The notes beneath the pieces are model-generated. The model was not told where the DNA came from, made no database searches, and was given only the letters and a program-made list of their open reading frames with translations. Positions 9,883 through 22,312 of a stretch of DNA of 64,000 bases are shown here, piece by piece (position 1 is the stretch's first letter; each line of letters starts with the position of its first letter). Made by a program: the position numbers and the translations under genes. The stretch is from Curvibacter sp. (GTDB taxonomy: Bacteria; Pseudomonadota; Gammaproteobacteria; Burkholderiales; Burkholderiaceae_C): contig JADCGR010000026.1 of assembly GCA_020248905.1 (NCBI GenBank), positions 5,321 to 69,320 on the forward strand, written 5' to 3'.

Positions 9883-12519
9883 ATGACCCAGTTCGCCAAG
9901 GAAACCCTGCCCATCAGCCTCGAGGAGGAGATGCGCCGCAGCTACCTAGACTACGCCATGAGCGTGATCGTTGGTCGAGCCTTGCCTGATGCGCGCGATG
10001 GCCTCAAGCCCGTGCATCGTCGTGTGCTCTATGCGATGCATGAGCTCAGCAACGACTGGAATCGGGCCTACAAGAAGTCGGCTCGTATCGTCGGTGATGT
10101 GATCGGTAAGTACCACCCGCACGGCGACCAGTCCGTCTACGACACCATCGTGCGGATGGCGCAGGACTTTTCCATGCGCCACATGCTGGTCGATGGTCAG
10201 GGTAACTTCGGCTCGGTTGACGGGGACAACGCAGCGGCCATGCGCTACACGGAAATCCGGCTGGCCAAGATCGCGCACGAGATGCTGGGCGACATCGACA
10301 AGGAAACCGTCGATTTCGGCCCCAACTACGACGGCTCGGAAAAAGAGCCTCTGGTCCTACCCAGCCGCCTGCCCAATCTGCTGGTCAACGGCTCGGGCGG
10401 CATCGCGGTGGGCATGGCAACGAACATTCCGCCACACAATCTCAACGAGGTGGTCGACGCCTGCCTGCACCTGCTGCGCAGCCCCGAAGCTTCCATAGAC
10501 GAGCTGATGGAGATCGTCCCTGCACCCGACTTCCCTACGGCAGGCATCATCTACGGCATGCAGGGTGTCAGGGAAGGCTACCGCACCGGGCGTGGTCGGG
10601 TGGTGATGCGCGCGCGCTGCCACTTCGAGGACATCGACAAGGGCCAGCGGCAGTCGATCATCGTCGACGAGCTGCCCTACCAGGTCAACAAGAAGAACCT
10701 GCTCGAGCGCATTGCCGAGCTGGTACACGAGAAGAAAATCGAGGGCATCAGCCACATCCAGGACGAGTCCGACAAATCAGGCATGCGCGTGGTGATCGAA
10801 CTCAAACGCGGGGAGGTGCCCGAGGTGGTGCTGAATAACCTGTACAAGCAAACCCAGCTGCAGGACACATTCGGCATGAATATGGTGGCCCTGGTCAACG
10901 GCCAACCGAAGTTGTGCAACCTGAAAGATCTGATCGAGGTCTTTCTCGACCACCGCCGCGAAGTGGTGACCCGCCGGACGGTCTTCAACCTGCGCAAGGC
11001 CCGCGACCGCGGCCACGTGCTCGAAGGCCTGGCCGTGGCTCTCGCCAATATTGACGACTTCATCGCGATCATCCGCAATGCCCCCACGCCACCGGTGGCC
11101 AAGGCCGAGCTCATGGCCCGACCCTGGGATAGCAAGCTCGTGCGCGAGATGCTCACCCGTACTCGCGCTGACGGCGGCACGGTCAATGCCGACGACTACC
11201 GGCCCGAGGGCCTTGAGAAGAGTTATGGCATGGGCAACGACGGCCTTTACCGACTGTCCGACACCCAGGCCCAGGAAATCCTGCAGATGCGACTGCAGCG
11301 CCTGACTGGCCTGGAGCAGGACAAAATCGTCGCCGAGTACAAGGACGTGATGTCGGAGATAGAGGATCTGTTGGACATCTTGGCCAAGCCGGGTCGGGTC
11401 TCGGTCATCATCAGCGAGGAGCTCAGCGCCATCAAGCAGGAATTCGGCCAGAGCAAGGTCGGCGCACGCCGCAGCCAGGTGGAGCACAACGCACAGGACC
11501 TGGCCACCGAGGACCTGATTACTCCCACCGATATGGTTGTGACGCTGAGCCACGCCGGTTACATCAAGAGCCAGCCGCTCAGCGAGTACCGCGCGCAGAA
11601 ACGCGGCGGGCGCGGCAAGCAGGCCACGGCCACCAAGGAAGACGACTGGATCGACCAGCTCTTCATCGCCAACACGCATGACTACATCCTGTGCTTCTCC
11701 AACCGCGGACGGCTGTACTGGCTCAAGGTCTGGGAGGTACCTGCCGGCTCGCGCGGCTCGCGAGGGCGCCCCATCGTCAATATGTTCCCACTGGCCGAAG
11801 GCGAGAAGATCACCGTCGTTCTGCCGCTGACGGGAGACAACCGCACGTTCCCGGCCGATCACTACGTGTTCATGGCAACCAGCATGGGTACGGTCAAGAA
11901 GACGGCTCTCGATGAGTTCAGCAACCCGCGCAAGGCCGGCATCATTGCCGTGGATCTGGACCCGGGTGATTTCCTCATCGGTGCAGCCCTGACCGATGGC
12001 AAGCACGACGTGATGCTGTTTAGCGACGGCGGCAAGGCCGTGCGGTTCGACGAGGATGACGTGCGCCCTATGGGACGTAACGCGCGCGGCGTGCGCGGCA
12101 TGATGCTGGAAGACGGCCAGCGCGTGATCGCCATGCTGGTAGCCGAAGACGAGCAGCAAAGCGTCCTGACTGCCACCGAGAACGGCTACGGCAAGCGTAC
12201 CTCCATCACCGAATACACGCGCCATGGCCGCGGCACCAAGGGCATGATCGCCATCCAGCAGAGCGAGCGCAATGGCAAGGTCGTGGCTGCCACGCTGGTG
12301 CATGCCGATGACGAGATCATGCTGATTACCGACAAGGGTGTGCTCGTTCGCACCCGGGTTTCCGAGATCCGCGAACTCGGTCGCGCCACCCAGGGCGTGA
12401 CGCTGATCGCATTGGATGATGGCGCCCAGCTCAGCGGCCTTCAGCGCATCGTGGAAAACGACGCAAATGGCATCGAAAGTGCCGACGGCGAGTCCGGTGA
12501 GGCGCAAGACGCTTCCTGA
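9883..12519 (+). CDS. gyrA: DNA gyrase subunit A
   Basis: ORF 9808..12519 trimmed to the ATG at 9883 ([52 protein letters not shown]; AAMRYTE active-site Tyr). Confidence 0.95.
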   Translation: MTQFAKETLPISLEEEMRRSYLDYAMSVIVGRALPDARDGLKPVHRRVLYAMHELSNDWNRAYKKSARIVGDVIGKYHPHGDQSVYDTIVRMAQDFSMRHMLVDGQGNFGSVDGDNAAAMRYTEIRLAKIAHEMLGDIDKETVDFGPNYDGSEKEPLVLPSRLPNLLVNGSGGIAVGMATNIPPHNLNEVVDACLHLLRSPEASIDELMEIVPAPDFPTAGIIYGMQGVREGYRTGRGRVVMRARCHFEDIDKGQRQSIIVDELPYQVNKKNLLERIAELVHEKKIEGISHIQDESDKSGMRVVIELKRGEVPEVVLNNLYKQTQLQDTFGMNMVALVNGQPKLCNLKDLIEVFLDHRREVVTRRTVFNLRKARDRGHVLEGLAVALANIDDFIAIIRNAPTPPVAKAELMARPWDSKLVREMLTRTRADGGTVNADDYRPEGLEKSYGMGNDGLYRLSDTQAQEILQMRLQRLTGLEQDKIVAEYKDVMSEIEDLLDILAKPGRVSVIISEELSAIKQEFGQSKVGARRSQVEHNAQDLATEDLITPTDMVVTLSHAGYIKSQPLSEYRAQKRGGRGKQATATKEDDWIDQLFIANTHDYILCFSNRGRLYWLKVWEVPAGSRGSRGRPIVNMFPLAEGEKITVVLPLTGDNRTFPADHYVFMATSMGTVKKTALDEFSNPRKAGIIAVDLDPGDFLIGAALTDGKHDVMLFSDGGKAVRFDEDDVRPMGRNARGVRGMMLEDGQRVIAMLVAEDEQQSVLTATENGYGKRTSITEYTRHGRGTKGMIAIQQSERNGKVVAATLVHADDEIMLITDKGVLVRTRVSEIRELGRATQGVTLIALDDGAQLSGLQRIVENDANGIESADGESGEAQDAS

Positions 12520-13610
12520 TGCAGCGTCCATACAACTTCTCGGCCGGTCCCGCGACCATTGCCCCTGAGGTGCTGCAGCAGGCCGCCAGCGAGATGCTGG
12601 ACTGGCATGGCAGCGGTATGGGCGTTATGGAGATGAGCCACCGCGGCAAGGAGTTCATCAGTATCTACGATCAGGCGCAGGCCGATCTGCGCGAGCTGCT
12701 GGCGGTGCCGAAGCACTTCCATATTCTCTTCATGCAAGGTGGCGGGCTAGCAGAGAACGCCATCGTGCCCTTGAACCTTTGTCGCGGCGGCACGGTCGAC
12801 TTCGTGCTCACCGGCAGCTGGAGCCAGAAGTCCTGCAAGGAAGCACGCAAATACGCAAGCGTCAACATCGCGGCCAGCGATGAGCCCAATGGGTTCACGC
12901 GCCTGCCCGCCCCTGGCAGCTGGAAGCTGAGACGCGATGCCAGCTACGTGCACATCTGCTCCAATGAGACCATCCACGGCGTCGAGTTCCAGGAACTCCC
13001 CGACCTGCCGGGCCTGGGCTCGGACGCCCCGCTGGTGATTGATTTCTCGTCTCAAGTCGCGTCGCGTGCGGTGGACTGGTCGCGCGTGGGCCTGGCCTTC
13101 GGGGGTGCTCAGAAAAACATCGGCCCGGCGGGCCTGACCCTGGTGATCGTGCGCGAGGACCTGCTGGGCCACGCCTTGCCGGCCTGCCCCAGCGCGTTCG
13201 ACTACCGGACCGTGGCGGACAACCAGTCCATGTTCAACACGCCGCCCACCTACGCTATCTACATGGCCGGCCTGATCTTCCAGTGGCTCAAGCGCCTGGG
13301 CGGGATACCAGCCATCGAGGCGCGCAATATCGCCAAGGCCGAGCTTCTTTACGGCTGCATTGATGAGTCCCAGTTTTACGTGAACCGGGTGGCCCGGGAC
13401 TGCCGCTCGCGCATGAACGTGCCCTTCTTCCTGCGCGACGAATCGCGCAACGAGGCCTTCCTGGCCGGCGCCAAGGCAGCGGGGCTGCTGCAGCTCAAGG
13501 GGCACAAATCGGTGGGGGGCATGCGCGCTAGCCTCTACAACGCCATGCCGATCGAGGGGGTGAAGGCGCTGGTGGCCTACATGCGAGAATTCGAGCGCAG
13601 CCACGCCTGA
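12519..13610 (+). CDS. serC: Phosphoserine aminotransferase
   Basis: 363-aa ORF starting [26 protein letters not shown]...[10 protein letters not shown]. Its start overlaps the gyrA stop by 1 nt (TGATG). Confidence 0.95.
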   Translation: MQRPYNFSAGPATIAPEVLQQAASEMLDWHGSGMGVMEMSHRGKEFISIYDQAQADLRELLAVPKHFHILFMQGGGLAENAIVPLNLCRGGTVDFVLTGSWSQKSCKEARKYASVNIAASDEPNGFTRLPAPGSWKLRRDASYVHICSNETIHGVEFQELPDLPGLGSDAPLVIDFSSQVASRAVDWSRVGLAFGGAQKNIGPAGLTLVIVREDLLGHALPACPSAFDYRTVADNQSMFNTPPTYAIYMAGLIFQWLKRLGGIPAIEARNIAKAELLYGCIDESQFYVNRVARDCRSRMNVPFFLRDESRNEAFLAGAKAAGLLQLKGHKSVGGMRASLYNAMPIEGVKALVAYMREFERSHA

Positions 13611-13638
13611 ACCGCAGAGCCCGCCCTATCCGATCCCG

Positions 13639-14721
13639 ATGGCCAAGACCCTTCCCGAACTGCGCATCCAGATCGACGCCCTGGATCAGGAACTGCTAAG
13701 CCTGCTCAACCGTCGCGCCGGACTGGCCCACGAGGTGGGCGAGATCAAGCTAGCCGAGGGTTCGCCCATCTTTCGCCCCGAGCGGGAGGCCCAGGTCATC
13801 AACGGCCTGCAGGCAGACAACGCCGGCCCCCTCAAGCGCGATAGCGTGGCCAGCATCTGGCGCGAGATCATGTCGGCCTGCCGCGCCCTGGAGGCGCCCC
13901 AACGTGTGGCCTACCTAGGCCCCGCCGGCACCTTCAGCGAGCAGGCCGCCCTGCAGTTCTTTGGTTCCAGCATTGAGCGCATGCCTTGCGGCAGCATTGA
14001 CGAGGTCTTCCGTGCCACGGCCGCGGGCAGCGCCCAGTATGGCGTGGTGCCCATGGAGAACTCCACCGAAGGTATGGTCTCGCGCTCGCTCGACCTCTTC
14101 CTGACCTCGCCCCTGCATGTGATCGGCGAGACCAGCTTGCTTGTGCGCCACAACCTGCTGCGCCTGTCCGATTCGCTGGAGGGCATTGAAGCCGTGTACG
14201 CGCATCCCCAGGCCCTGGCCCAATGCCAGAACTGGCTCAACACCCATCTGCCGCATGCCGAGCGGCATGCCGCCGCCAGCAACGCCGAGGGTGCGCGCGT
14301 GGCCAGCACCCACCCTACCTGGGCGGGGATTGCCAGCGAGCGCGCGGGAGCCGAGTTCGGCCTGCACGTGGTGGCGCACGCCATCCAGGACGATGCCTAC
14401 AACCGCACGCGTTTCGCCGTGGTGTGCCTGCCACAGACGCTGCCAGCCCCCGAGGCCTCGGGCCACGACTGCGTAAGCCTCATCGTTTCTGTGCCGAATC
14501 GACCGGGGGCGGTGCACGACCTGCTGGTGCCGCTCAAGAAACACGGCGTGTCCATGACCCGCTTCGAATCCCGGCCAGCGCGTTCGGGGCAATGGGAATA
14601 TTATTTCTACATCGACATACAGGGTCACACTTCGCAACCCCAGGTCGCGGCTGCGTTGCAGGAACTACAAGGCCTGTGCGCGTTCTACAAGGTGCTGGGC
14701 GCGTATCCCGTGAGTGATTAA
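13639..14721 (+). CDS. pheA: Bifunctional chorismate mutase / prephenate dehydratase
   Basis: 360-aa ORF. The N-terminus is a chorismate mutase helix (LRIQIDALDQELLSLLNRRA). It is followed by a PDT domain (VAYLGPAGTFSEQAA) and an ACT domain with the ESRP motif. Confidence 0.9.
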   Translation: MAKTLPELRIQIDALDQELLSLLNRRAGLAHEVGEIKLAEGSPIFRPEREAQVINGLQADNAGPLKRDSVASIWREIMSACRALEAPQRVAYLGPAGTFSEQAALQFFGSSIERMPCGSIDEVFRATAAGSAQYGVVPMENSTEGMVSRSLDLFLTSPLHVIGETSLLVRHNLLRLSDSLEGIEAVYAHPQALAQCQNWLNTHLPHAERHAAASNAEGARVASTHPTWAGIASERAGAEFGLHVVAHAIQDDAYNRTRFAVVCLPQTLPAPEASGHDCVSLIVSVPNRPGAVHDLLVPLKKHGVSMTRFESRPARSGQWEYYFYIDIQGHTSQPQVAAALQELQGLCAFYKVLGAYPVSD

Positions 14722-14725
14722 GAAC

Positions 14726-15598
14726 ATGTTCGAACAACTGGGTCTCATCGGCTGTGGCCTAATGGGCGGGTCCTTCGCCTTGGCACTCAAGCGCGCCGGA
14801 CTGGTCAAGCGCGTTGTGGGCTACAGCAAGTCCCCCTCCACCACCGAACGTGCCCGGGCCATGGGCGTCATCGACGTGGAGGCCCCGTCAGCCCTGCTCG
14901 CAGTGTCGGGCGCGGACATTGTCCTGATCGCAGTACCGGTTTCGGCGACCGAGGCCACTTTCAAGGCTATCAAGCACCTGGTTACCCCGCAGATGCTGGT
15001 CATGGATGTCGGTTCAACCAAACGCGACGTGGTTGACGCAGCCCGGCGCGCCCTGCGGGAACAGGTGGGCTCCTTCGTGCCAGCGCATCCCATCGCTGGC
15101 AAGGAGGTGGCCGGCGTCGAGCACGCCGACCCTGACCTTTACGCAGGCAAGCAGGTCATCCTTACCCCCCTGGACCGCACGCACGCGCCGCAGGTGCAAA
15201 AGGCGGTCGATGTCTGGTCGGCACTGGGCTGCAGCGTGCTCAAGATGACCCCCGAGTCGCACGACGCGGCCTTTGCGGCCGTCAGTCACCTGCCCCACCT
15301 GATTGCCTTCTCGCTGATGAACTCGATCGTCGGACAGGGACAGGGCATGGACTTCCTGTCACTCGCCGGACCGGGCTTCCGGGATTTCACCCGCATTGCC
15401 GCGAGCGACCCGCACATCTGGCGCGACATCTTGATGTCCAACCGGGAGGAACTGCTGACCCAGTCCAAGCTCTTCCAGCGCAATCTGCAGGCACTGGAAC
15501 TCATGATTTCCAACGGCAATGCCGATGCTCTCGAAGAGCTGATTGCCCAGGCCAGCCAGGCGCGGGCGAACTGGAGCATGAACAAGAACCGCCGCTGA
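14726..15598 (+). CDS. tyrA: Prephenate dehydrogenase
   Basis: ORF 14714..15598 starts at GTG; I prefer the ATG at 14726. The Rossmann motif is [16 protein letters not shown], followed by HPIAG. Confidence 0.85.
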   Translation: MFEQLGLIGCGLMGGSFALALKRAGLVKRVVGYSKSPSTTERARAMGVIDVEAPSALLAVSGADIVLIAVPVSATEATFKAIKHLVTPQMLVMDVGSTKRDVVDAARRALREQVGSFVPAHPIAGKEVAGVEHADPDLYAGKQVILTPLDRTHAPQVQKAVDVWSALGCSVLKMTPESHDAAFAAVSHLPHLIAFSLMNSIVGQGQGMDFLSLAGPGFRDFTRIAASDPHIWRDILMSNREELLTQSKLFQRNLQALELMISNGNADALEELIAQASQARANWSMNKNRR

Positions 15599-17598
15599 TG
15601 TTCGACACCGCGTTTCTCGACCTGCCGCCTCTGGCCGGCGCGCACGGTCGCGTGGTCTTGCCAGGCTCCAAGAGCATCTCCAACCGGGTCTTGCTGCTAT
15701 CGGCGCTGTGTAGTGGCCGCACCACGCTGCACGACCTGCTGGATTCTGACGACACGCATGTGATGCTCGCCGCTCTGCGCCAGCTGGGTTGCAGCGTGCA
15801 GCAGGACGGCACCTGCGTGGTGATCGACGGCATCGCCGGGAAGCTGCCCTCGACGCCGATCCGCTTCTTCATGGGCAATGCCGGCACGGCCATGCGCCCC
15901 TTGACAGCCGCGCTGGCGATTGCGGGCGGCGATTTCGAACTTTCGGGTGTGCCGCGCATGCACGAGCGGCCCATCGGCGATCTGGTGGACGCGCTGCGAC
16001 CCCTGGGCTGCTCCATCGACTACCTGGGCAAGCCAGGCTACCCGCCGCTGCGCGTGGGCAAGCCGGCGCTCAAGCTCGGCCAGCCCATCCGCGTGCGTGG
16101 CGATGTCTCCAGCCAGTTCCTGACCGCCTTGCTCATGGCCCTGCCGCTGGTCGCCACGAGAGACATCCTCATCGAGGTGGTGGGCGAGCTGATCAGCAAG
16201 CCCTACATCGAGATCACCCTGAACCTGCTGGCGCGCTTTGGTATTGAGGTGCGTCGCGATGGCTGGCAGAGTTTCACCATTCCCGCAGGTAGCCGCTACC
16301 AGTCGCCCGGCGTGCTGCATGTCGAGGCCGATGCGTCATCCGCCAGCTACTTCATCGCCCTGGGCGCCATCGCGGCGCGGCAGGGTGCGCCCATGCGCAT
16401 CGAAGGCGTGGGTGAGAGCTCCATACAGGGTGACATCCGCTTCGTTGACGCGGCCCGCCAGATGGGCGCGCTTGTCAGTAGCGGCCCCAATTGGCTGGAG
16501 GTCAGTCGCGGCAGCTGGCCCCTCAGGGCCATCGACCTCGACTGCAACCACATCCCTGACGCAGCCATGACGCTGGCCGTCATGGCGCTTTATGCCGACG
16601 GCCCCAGCAACCTGCGCAATATTGCAAGCTGGCGCGTCAAGGAGACCGACCGCATCGCAGCCATGGCCGCAGAACTTCGCAAGCTCGGCGCCCACGTCGA
16701 GGAAGGCGCGGATTTCATCCGCATCGAGCCCCTACCCCAGGCGGGTCAATGGCGCGCCGCTGCCATCCACACCTACGACGACCACCGCGTCGCCATGTGC
16801 TTCTCGCTCGCCGCCTTCAATCCGGCGCGCCTGCCGGTCCGTATCCTCGATCCGAAATGCGTAGCCAAGACCTTCCCGGACTACTTCGAGACTCTGTTCT
16901 CCGTGGTCAGTCCGGCCCAAGGCGCCGTGCCCATCCTGTGCGTTGACGGACCCACGGCCTCGGGCAAGGGCACCCTGGCGGCCAGGCTGGCCGAGCGCCT
17001 GGGCTACCAGCTGCTCGACTCCGGCGCCCTGTACCGTGTCACCGCCCTGGCGGCGCTGAACGCCGGGCTGGTGCTGGGGCCTGCACATGAATGCGCCATC
17101 GCGGCCCTGGCGCGGCAGTTGCCCGTGCGCTTCGAAGGCGATCGCGTGCTACTTGACGGCCGGGACGTCAGCGACGCCATCCGCAGCGAGGAAGGCGGCA
17201 TGAACGCGTCCAGGGTTTCTGCGCTGCCGGCCGTACGGACTGCCCTGGTCGCCCTGCAGCACAGCTTTGCGAGGCTGCCGGGCCTGGTGGCCGACGGACG
17301 AGACATGGGCACGGTCATCTTCCCCGCCGCCCCGCTCAAAGTGTTTTTGACAGCCAGCGCCCAAAAGAGGGCCGAGCGGCGCCATAAGCAATTGATTTCA
17401 AAAGGAATTTCGGCTACACTTTCAAGCCTTCGCGCCGATCTCGAAGCGCGTGACGCCCGGGACATGAACCGCAGCGTCGCGCCTCTCAAGCCGGCTGAAG
17501 ACGCCCGGTTGCTGGACAACTCGGATCTTTCGATTGAAGAGTCGGTGGATCTCGTGCTGGACTGGTGGCAAGGCAAACAGCCGTTTGGATCCGTCTGA
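15598..17598 (+). CDS. aroA: Fusion protein: 3-phosphoshikimate 1-carboxyvinyltransferase (EPSP synthase) plus cytidylate kinase
   Basis: 666-aa ORF. The N-terminal ~440 aa is EPSPS ([24 protein letters not shown]). The C-terminal ~220 aa is Cmk ([35 protein letters not shown]). Confidence 0.9.
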   Translation: MFDTAFLDLPPLAGAHGRVVLPGSKSISNRVLLLSALCSGRTTLHDLLDSDDTHVMLAALRQLGCSVQQDGTCVVIDGIAGKLPSTPIRFFMGNAGTAMRPLTAALAIAGGDFELSGVPRMHERPIGDLVDALRPLGCSIDYLGKPGYPPLRVGKPALKLGQPIRVRGDVSSQFLTALLMALPLVATRDILIEVVGELISKPYIEITLNLLARFGIEVRRDGWQSFTIPAGSRYQSPGVLHVEADASSASYFIALGAIAARQGAPMRIEGVGESSIQGDIRFVDAARQMGALVSSGPNWLEVSRGSWPLRAIDLDCNHIPDAAMTLAVMALYADGPSNLRNIASWRVKETDRIAAMAAELRKLGAHVEEGADFIRIEPLPQAGQWRAAAIHTYDDHRVAMCFSLAAFNPARLPVRILDPKCVAKTFPDYFETLFSVVSPAQGAVPILCVDGPTASGKGTLAARLAERLGYQLLDSGALYRVTALAALNAGLVLGPAHECAIAALARQLPVRFEGDRVLLDGRDVSDAIRSEEGGMNASRVSALPAVRTALVALQHSFARLPGLVADGRDMGTVIFPAAPLKVFLTASAQKRAERRHKQLISKGISATLSSLRADLEARDARDMNRSVAPLKPAEDARLLDNSDLSIEESVDLVLDWWQGKQPFGSV

Positions 17599-17779
17599 GC
17601 GACTGCATCGGCCCAGTCGGCTCCCATCGCGCAGCAAGCGCCCTGGCCATCTGGATCATCAACGTAACCCGCGGAAACTCCGCAACAACTGCCATCGAAA
17701 GCTAAGCCCCGGTCGCAATGGTGCGACCGTCACGCCACGGCCTGCGGGTCGTGGACGCCGAGATGGCGCAGGAACTTAC

Positions 17780-19465
17780 ATGTCTGAATCTTTTGCCGCC
17801 CTTTTCGAAGAATCCCTCAAGCGCGCCGAAATGCGCCCGGGTGAAGTCATCACCGCTGAGGTTGTGCGCGTCGAGCACAACTTCGTCGTGGTCAATGCGG
17901 GCCTCAAGTCCGAAGCCTATGTGGCCATCGACGAGTTCAAGAATGATAAGGGCGAGCTCGAAGTCAACGTCGGCGACTTCGTGTCGGTGGCCATCGGGGC
18001 CATCGAGAATGGCTACGGCGACACCATCCTGTCGCGCGATACCGCCAAGCGCCTGGCCTCGTGGATGGCCCTGGAAAAGGCCCTCGAATCCGGCGAATTC
18101 GTCACCGGCACCACCTCTGGCAAGGTCAAGGGCGGCCTGACCGTGCTGGTCAATGGCATCCGCGCCTTCCTGCCGGGCTCGCTGGTGGACACCCGTCCGA
18201 CCAAGGACCTGACCCCCTACGAGAACAAGACCCTGGAATTCAAGGTCATCAAGCTCGATCGCAAGCGCAACAACGTGGTGCTGAGCCGCCGCGCCGTGGT
18301 GGAAGCCTCCATGGGCGAAGAGCGCGCCAAGCTCATGCAGAACCTCAAGGAAGGTTCCGTGGTTCAGGGCGTGGTGAAGAACATCACCGAGTATGGCGCC
18401 TTCGTGGACCTGGGTGGCATCGACGGTCTGCTGCACATCACCGACATGGCCTGGCGTCGTGTCCGTCATCCGAGCGAAGTCGTTCAGGCCGGTCAGGAAA
18501 TCACCGCCAAGATCCTCAAGTTCGACACCGAGAAGAATCGCGTGTCCCTGGGCCTCAAGCAGATGGGCGATGATCCGTGGATGGGCGTGTCGCGCCGCTA
18601 CCCCACGGGTACCCGCCTGTTCGGCAAGATCACGAACATCCCCGACTACGGCGCGTTCGTCGAGCTCGAGCCGGGCATCGAAGGCCTGGTGCATGTCTCC
18701 GAGATGGACTGGACCAACAAGAACGTGGCCCCGTCCAAGATCGTGTCGCTGGGCGACGAGATCGAAGTCATGGTCCTCGAGATCGACGAAGACAAGCGCC
18801 GCATCTCCCTCGGCATGAAGCAGTGCAAGGCCAACCCGTGGCAGGAATTCGCGCAGAACACCAAGCGCGGCGACCGCGTCAAGGGCCCAATCAAGTCCAT
18901 CACCGACTTCGGCGTGTTCGTCGGCCTGGCCGCCGGTATCGACGGCCTGGTGCACCTGTCCGACCTGTCTTGGAACGAGCCCGGCGAAGCCGCAGTGCGC
19001 AACTACAAGAAGGGCCAGGAAGTGGAAGCCATCGTGCTGGCCGTGGACGTGGACCGCGAGCGTATCTCCCTGGGTATCAAGCAGCTGGACCAGGACCCCT
19101 TCACGACCTTCGTGTCGGTGAACGACAAGGGCGCCACCGTGACCGGCAAGGTCAAGACCGTCGACCCCCGTGGTGCCGAGATCGACCTCGGTCAGGACGT
19201 GCTCGGCTACCTGCGCGCCAGCGAGATCTCGCGTGACCGCGTGGAGGACGCCCGCAACGTGCTCAAGGAAGGTGACGAAGTCACCGCCGTGGTGGTCAAT
19301 GTGGATCGCAAGACCCGCAACATCCAGCTGTCGATCAAGGCCAAGGACCTGGCCGACGAGCAGGGCGCCATGGCCAACCTGAACCAGCAATCCGCTCGCG
19401 AAAGCGCCGGCACGACCAGCCTGGGCGCCCTGCTGCGCGCCAAGCTGGACAACAGCGAGAAGTGA
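17780..19465 (+). CDS. rpsA: 30S ribosomal protein S1
   Basis: ORF 17534..19465 trimmed to the ATG at 17780 ([28 protein letters not shown]). It contains six S1 repeats. Confidence 0.95.
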   Translation: MSESFAALFEESLKRAEMRPGEVITAEVVRVEHNFVVVNAGLKSEAYVAIDEFKNDKGELEVNVGDFVSVAIGAIENGYGDTILSRDTAKRLASWMALEKALESGEFVTGTTSGKVKGGLTVLVNGIRAFLPGSLVDTRPTKDLTPYENKTLEFKVIKLDRKRNNVVLSRRAVVEASMGEERAKLMQNLKEGSVVQGVVKNITEYGAFVDLGGIDGLLHITDMAWRRVRHPSEVVQAGQEITAKILKFDTEKNRVSLGLKQMGDDPWMGVSRRYPTGTRLFGKITNIPDYGAFVELEPGIEGLVHVSEMDWTNKNVAPSKIVSLGDEIEVMVLEIDEDKRRISLGMKQCKANPWQEFAQNTKRGDRVKGPIKSITDFGVFVGLAAGIDGLVHLSDLSWNEPGEAAVRNYKKGQEVEAIVLAVDVDRERISLGIKQLDQDPFTTFVSVNDKGATVTGKVKTVDPRGAEIDLGQDVLGYLRASEISRDRVEDARNVLKEGDEVTAVVVNVDRKTRNIQLSIKAKDLADEQGAMANLNQQSARESAGTTSLGALLRAKLDNSEK

Positions 19466-19554
19466 CACTTGAGCGTCCGGCGTTGAGAGCTGAGCGTGCG
19501 CAGGCACGCCGATGCCAGCGCTGAACGCTCATCGCCCCACCCTCACCCTACATA

Positions 19555-19869
19555 ATGACCCGTTCCGACCTGGTTGAAGAGCTGGCGGCCCGTTTCGGGC
19601 AGCTGACCCATCGCGACGCCGAGTTCGCGGTCAAGGCCATCCTGGACGCGATGAACGACGCCCTGGTGCGCGGGCATCGCATCGAGATTCGTGGCTTCGG
19701 GAGCTTCTCCATCAACCGTCGGCCGCCGCGCATGGGGCGCAATCCCCGCAGCGGCGAAAGCGTGGCCATCCCCGAAAAGCGCGTCCCCCACTTCAAGCCG
19801 GGCAAGGCCCTGCGCGAAGCGGTGGACCAGCGCACCAGCGAAATGCAGGCCAAAGAACCGAAATCCTGA
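19555..19869 (+). CDS. ihfB: Integration host factor subunit beta
   Basis: 104-aa ORF: [11 protein letters not shown]...[42 protein letters not shown]. Confidence 0.9.
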   Translation: MTRSDLVEELAARFGQLTHRDAEFAVKAILDAMNDALVRGHRIEIRGFGSFSINRRPPRMGRNPRSGESVAIPEKRVPHFKPGKALREAVDQRTSEMQAKEPKS

Positions 19870-19909
19870 TGCCCGCGATCGCTAGAATTTCCTCACGCGG
19901 GGAAAATCG

Positions 19910-20215
19910 ATGAAACAACTGACTTGGCTGCTGAAGTGGACACTGAGAGCAGCCATTTTTTTTGCCCTGCTCGCCTTTGCCCTGAACAACCAGCTGCCTG
20001 TCACGGTCCACATCTTTTTTGGCCTAGACTGGACTGCTCCTCTGGTGCTCGTGCTGCTCATAGCCTTCACACTGGGGCTGAGCGCCGGCGTCGTAGCCAT
20101 GCTGCCGCGCTGGCTCAAGCAGCGCCGCCGCGCGCGCCTGGCACGCCAGCAGACCGCTGCCGCTGCCCATAGCGAGCTGGCCCTCTCCACCCCTCAGCCG
20201 CCCCATGAATCTTGA
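19910..20215 (+). CDS. lapA: Lipopolysaccharide assembly protein LapA (DUF1049)
   Basis: 101-aa, two-TM protein directly upstream of lapB and overlapping it. Confidence 0.7.
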   Translation: MKQLTWLLKWTLRAAIFFALLAFALNNQLPVTVHIFFGLDWTAPLVLVLLIAFTLGLSAGVVAMLPRWLKQRRRARLARQQTAAAAHSELALSTPQPPHES

Positions 20216-21362
20216 CCTGAGCTGGATCCTGCTTGGACTGCCCCTGGCGTTCATCCTGGGCTGGGTGGCCTCGCGCCTGGACCTGCGCCAACTGCGCATC
20301 GAGAACCGCCGCAATCCCAAAGCCTACTTCCGCGGGCTGAACTTTCTGCTCAACGAACAGCAGGACCAGGCCATCGATGCCTTCATCGAGGCAGTGCAGA
20401 ACGACCCCGACACCTCGGAGCTGCACTTTGCGCTGGGCAATCTCTTTCGCCGCCGCGGCGAGTACGAGCGCGCGGTGCGGGTCCACGAACATTTGCTGGC
20501 ACGCGCCGACCTGAGCGTAGCCGACCGCCAGCGCGCCCAGCACGCGCTGGCCCTGGACTATCTCAAGGCTGGCCTGCTCGACCGCGCTGACGAAGCGCTG
20601 GTCAAGCTTGAAGGTACGCCGTTCGAGACCCAGGCCCGCCTGGCACGACTGGCCAACTACGAGCGCTCCCGCGACTGGGCCCAGGCGGCCGACATCGCCC
20701 GCCAACTCGACCGCAGCGAACACGGCAGCTTCAGCAGCCGCCTGGCGCACTACCTCTGCGAACAGGCCGCAGCCCTGCTGGCACGTGGGGAGATCGCGCA
20801 AGCCGAGCAGGCGCTGCGGCAGGCGATCACGACCGCACCCGACGCAGCCCGGGCGCGCATCGACCTCGCCCGCCTGCAGCTGGAGCACAAGCAGCCCGAG
20901 CAAGCCTGCGACACGCTGCAGGAGGCGCTCGGCGCCTGCCCTGCAGCCACACCGCTGATCGCCGCTCCGCTCGCACAGGCCGCCATCGCCAGCGGTCGTA
21001 CCGTGGCCATGCTGGCACGGCTGCAGGACATCTACGAACAGGGGCCCTCGCTGGACATCCTTGAAGCTCTGGTTACCTTGCAGGCCGCAGCCGGCAGCAG
21101 CAACACCAGCACGCGCGACTGGTATGCCCATCATCTCGAGCGCGAACCCTCACTGGTAGCCGCCGCCAAGTGGCTGGCGGGCGAGCAACTGGAGCACGAG
21201 CAGTTTCACCCCCAGGTCCAGCGCGCACTGGACCACGCGATCAAGCCGCTCACGCGCTACCGCTGCGCTGCTTGCGGTTTTGAGGCCAAGCAGCATTTCT
21301 GGCAATGCCCGGGGTGCCAGGCCTGGGACAGCTATCCGGCTAGAAGAGTGGAAGAGTTATGA
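20205..21362 (+). CDS. lapB: Lipopolysaccharide assembly protein LapB (YciM), TPR plus rubredoxin-like zinc finger
   Basis: 385-aa ORF with an N-terminal TM helix, TPR repeats, and the C-terminal motif YRCAACGFEAKQHFWQCPGCQAWDSYP. Confidence 0.85.
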   Translation: MNLDLSWILLGLPLAFILGWVASRLDLRQLRIENRRNPKAYFRGLNFLLNEQQDQAIDAFIEAVQNDPDTSELHFALGNLFRRRGEYERAVRVHEHLLARADLSVADRQRAQHALALDYLKAGLLDRADEALVKLEGTPFETQARLARLANYERSRDWAQAADIARQLDRSEHGSFSSRLAHYLCEQAAALLARGEIAQAEQALRQAITTAPDAARARIDLARLQLEHKQPEQACDTLQEALGACPAATPLIAAPLAQAAIASGRTVAMLARLQDIYEQGPSLDILEALVTLQAAAGSSNTSTRDWYAHHLEREPSLVAAAKWLAGEQLEHEQFHPQVQRALDHAIKPLTRYRCAACGFEAKQHFWQCPGCQAWDSYPARRVEEL

Positions 21363-22294
21363 ACATCACCCAGGCTCAACTCGCCACATCCCGCGTGCTC
21401 GTGGTGGGCGACGCCATGATCGACCGCTACTGGTATGGCGCGGTGGACCGGATCAGCCCGGAAGCGCCTGTTCCGGTCGTGCGCGTCACGCGTGAAGAGC
21501 TGCGCATCGGCGGCGCGGCCAACGTGGCCAGCAACGTGGTGTCGCTGGGTGCGAAGGCCACCCTGCTGACCGTGGTCGGTGACGACGACGCCAGCCACAC
21601 GCTGGAGAGGCTCGTAGCCCAGACCGGCATCACGCCCCATTTCGGGCGCGACGCCGCCCTGCAGACCACCGTCAAGCTGCGGGTCATCGGCCGCCAGCAG
21701 CAGCTGATCCGCCTCGATTTCGAAAACAGCCCCAAAAGCGAGGTACTCGCCTCCCAGACTGCGGACTTCCTGAAACTGCTGCCCGCGCACGATGCCGTGC
21801 TCTTTTCCGACTACGGCAAGGGCGGGCTCGACCACGTGCACCACATGATTGAGCACGCAAGGGCTGCCGGCAAGCCGGTCCTCATCGATCCCAAGGGCTC
21901 GGATTACTCGCGTTACAGCGGCGCCACCGTCATCACCCCCAACCGCGCAGAGCTGCAACAGGTCGTGGGCACCTGGAGCAACGAGGACGAGCTGCGCGCC
22001 AAGGCACGCAAGCTGCGTGCATCGCTCGATCTCACGGCCCTGCTGCTCACCCGCAGCGAGGAAGGCATGACCTTGTACGAGGCCGACGGCGAGAGCAGCG
22101 TGGCAGCCCAGGCGCGCGAGGTGTTTGACGTGACCGGCGCCGGCGACACGGTGATCGCCACACTGGCCGCCCTCGTCGGCGCAGGCCTGCCGCTGCGCGA
22201 AGCGATGCCCCTGGCCAACAAGGCCGGCGGTATTGTGGTCGGCAAGTTCGGGACGGCCACCGTCAGTTACGCCGAGCTGTTCGGCACACAATGA
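21359..22294 (+). CDS. hldA: D-glycero-beta-D-manno-heptose-7-phosphate kinase (RfaE domain I only)
   Basis: 311-aa ORF of the PfkB family (VLVVGDAMIDRYWYG...; DVTGAGDTVIA). Confidence 0.85.
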   Translation: MNITQAQLATSRVLVVGDAMIDRYWYGAVDRISPEAPVPVVRVTREELRIGGAANVASNVVSLGAKATLLTVVGDDDASHTLERLVAQTGITPHFGRDAALQTTVKLRVIGRQQQLIRLDFENSPKSEVLASQTADFLKLLPAHDAVLFSDYGKGGLDHVHHMIEHARAAGKPVLIDPKGSDYSRYSGATVITPNRAELQQVVGTWSNEDELRAKARKLRASLDLTALLLTRSEEGMTLYEADGESSVAAQAREVFDVTGAGDTVIATLAALVGAGLPLREAMPLANKAGGIVVGKFGTATVSYAELFGTQ

Positions 22295-22312
22295 GCTTTT
22301 GAGGACTGAAAC

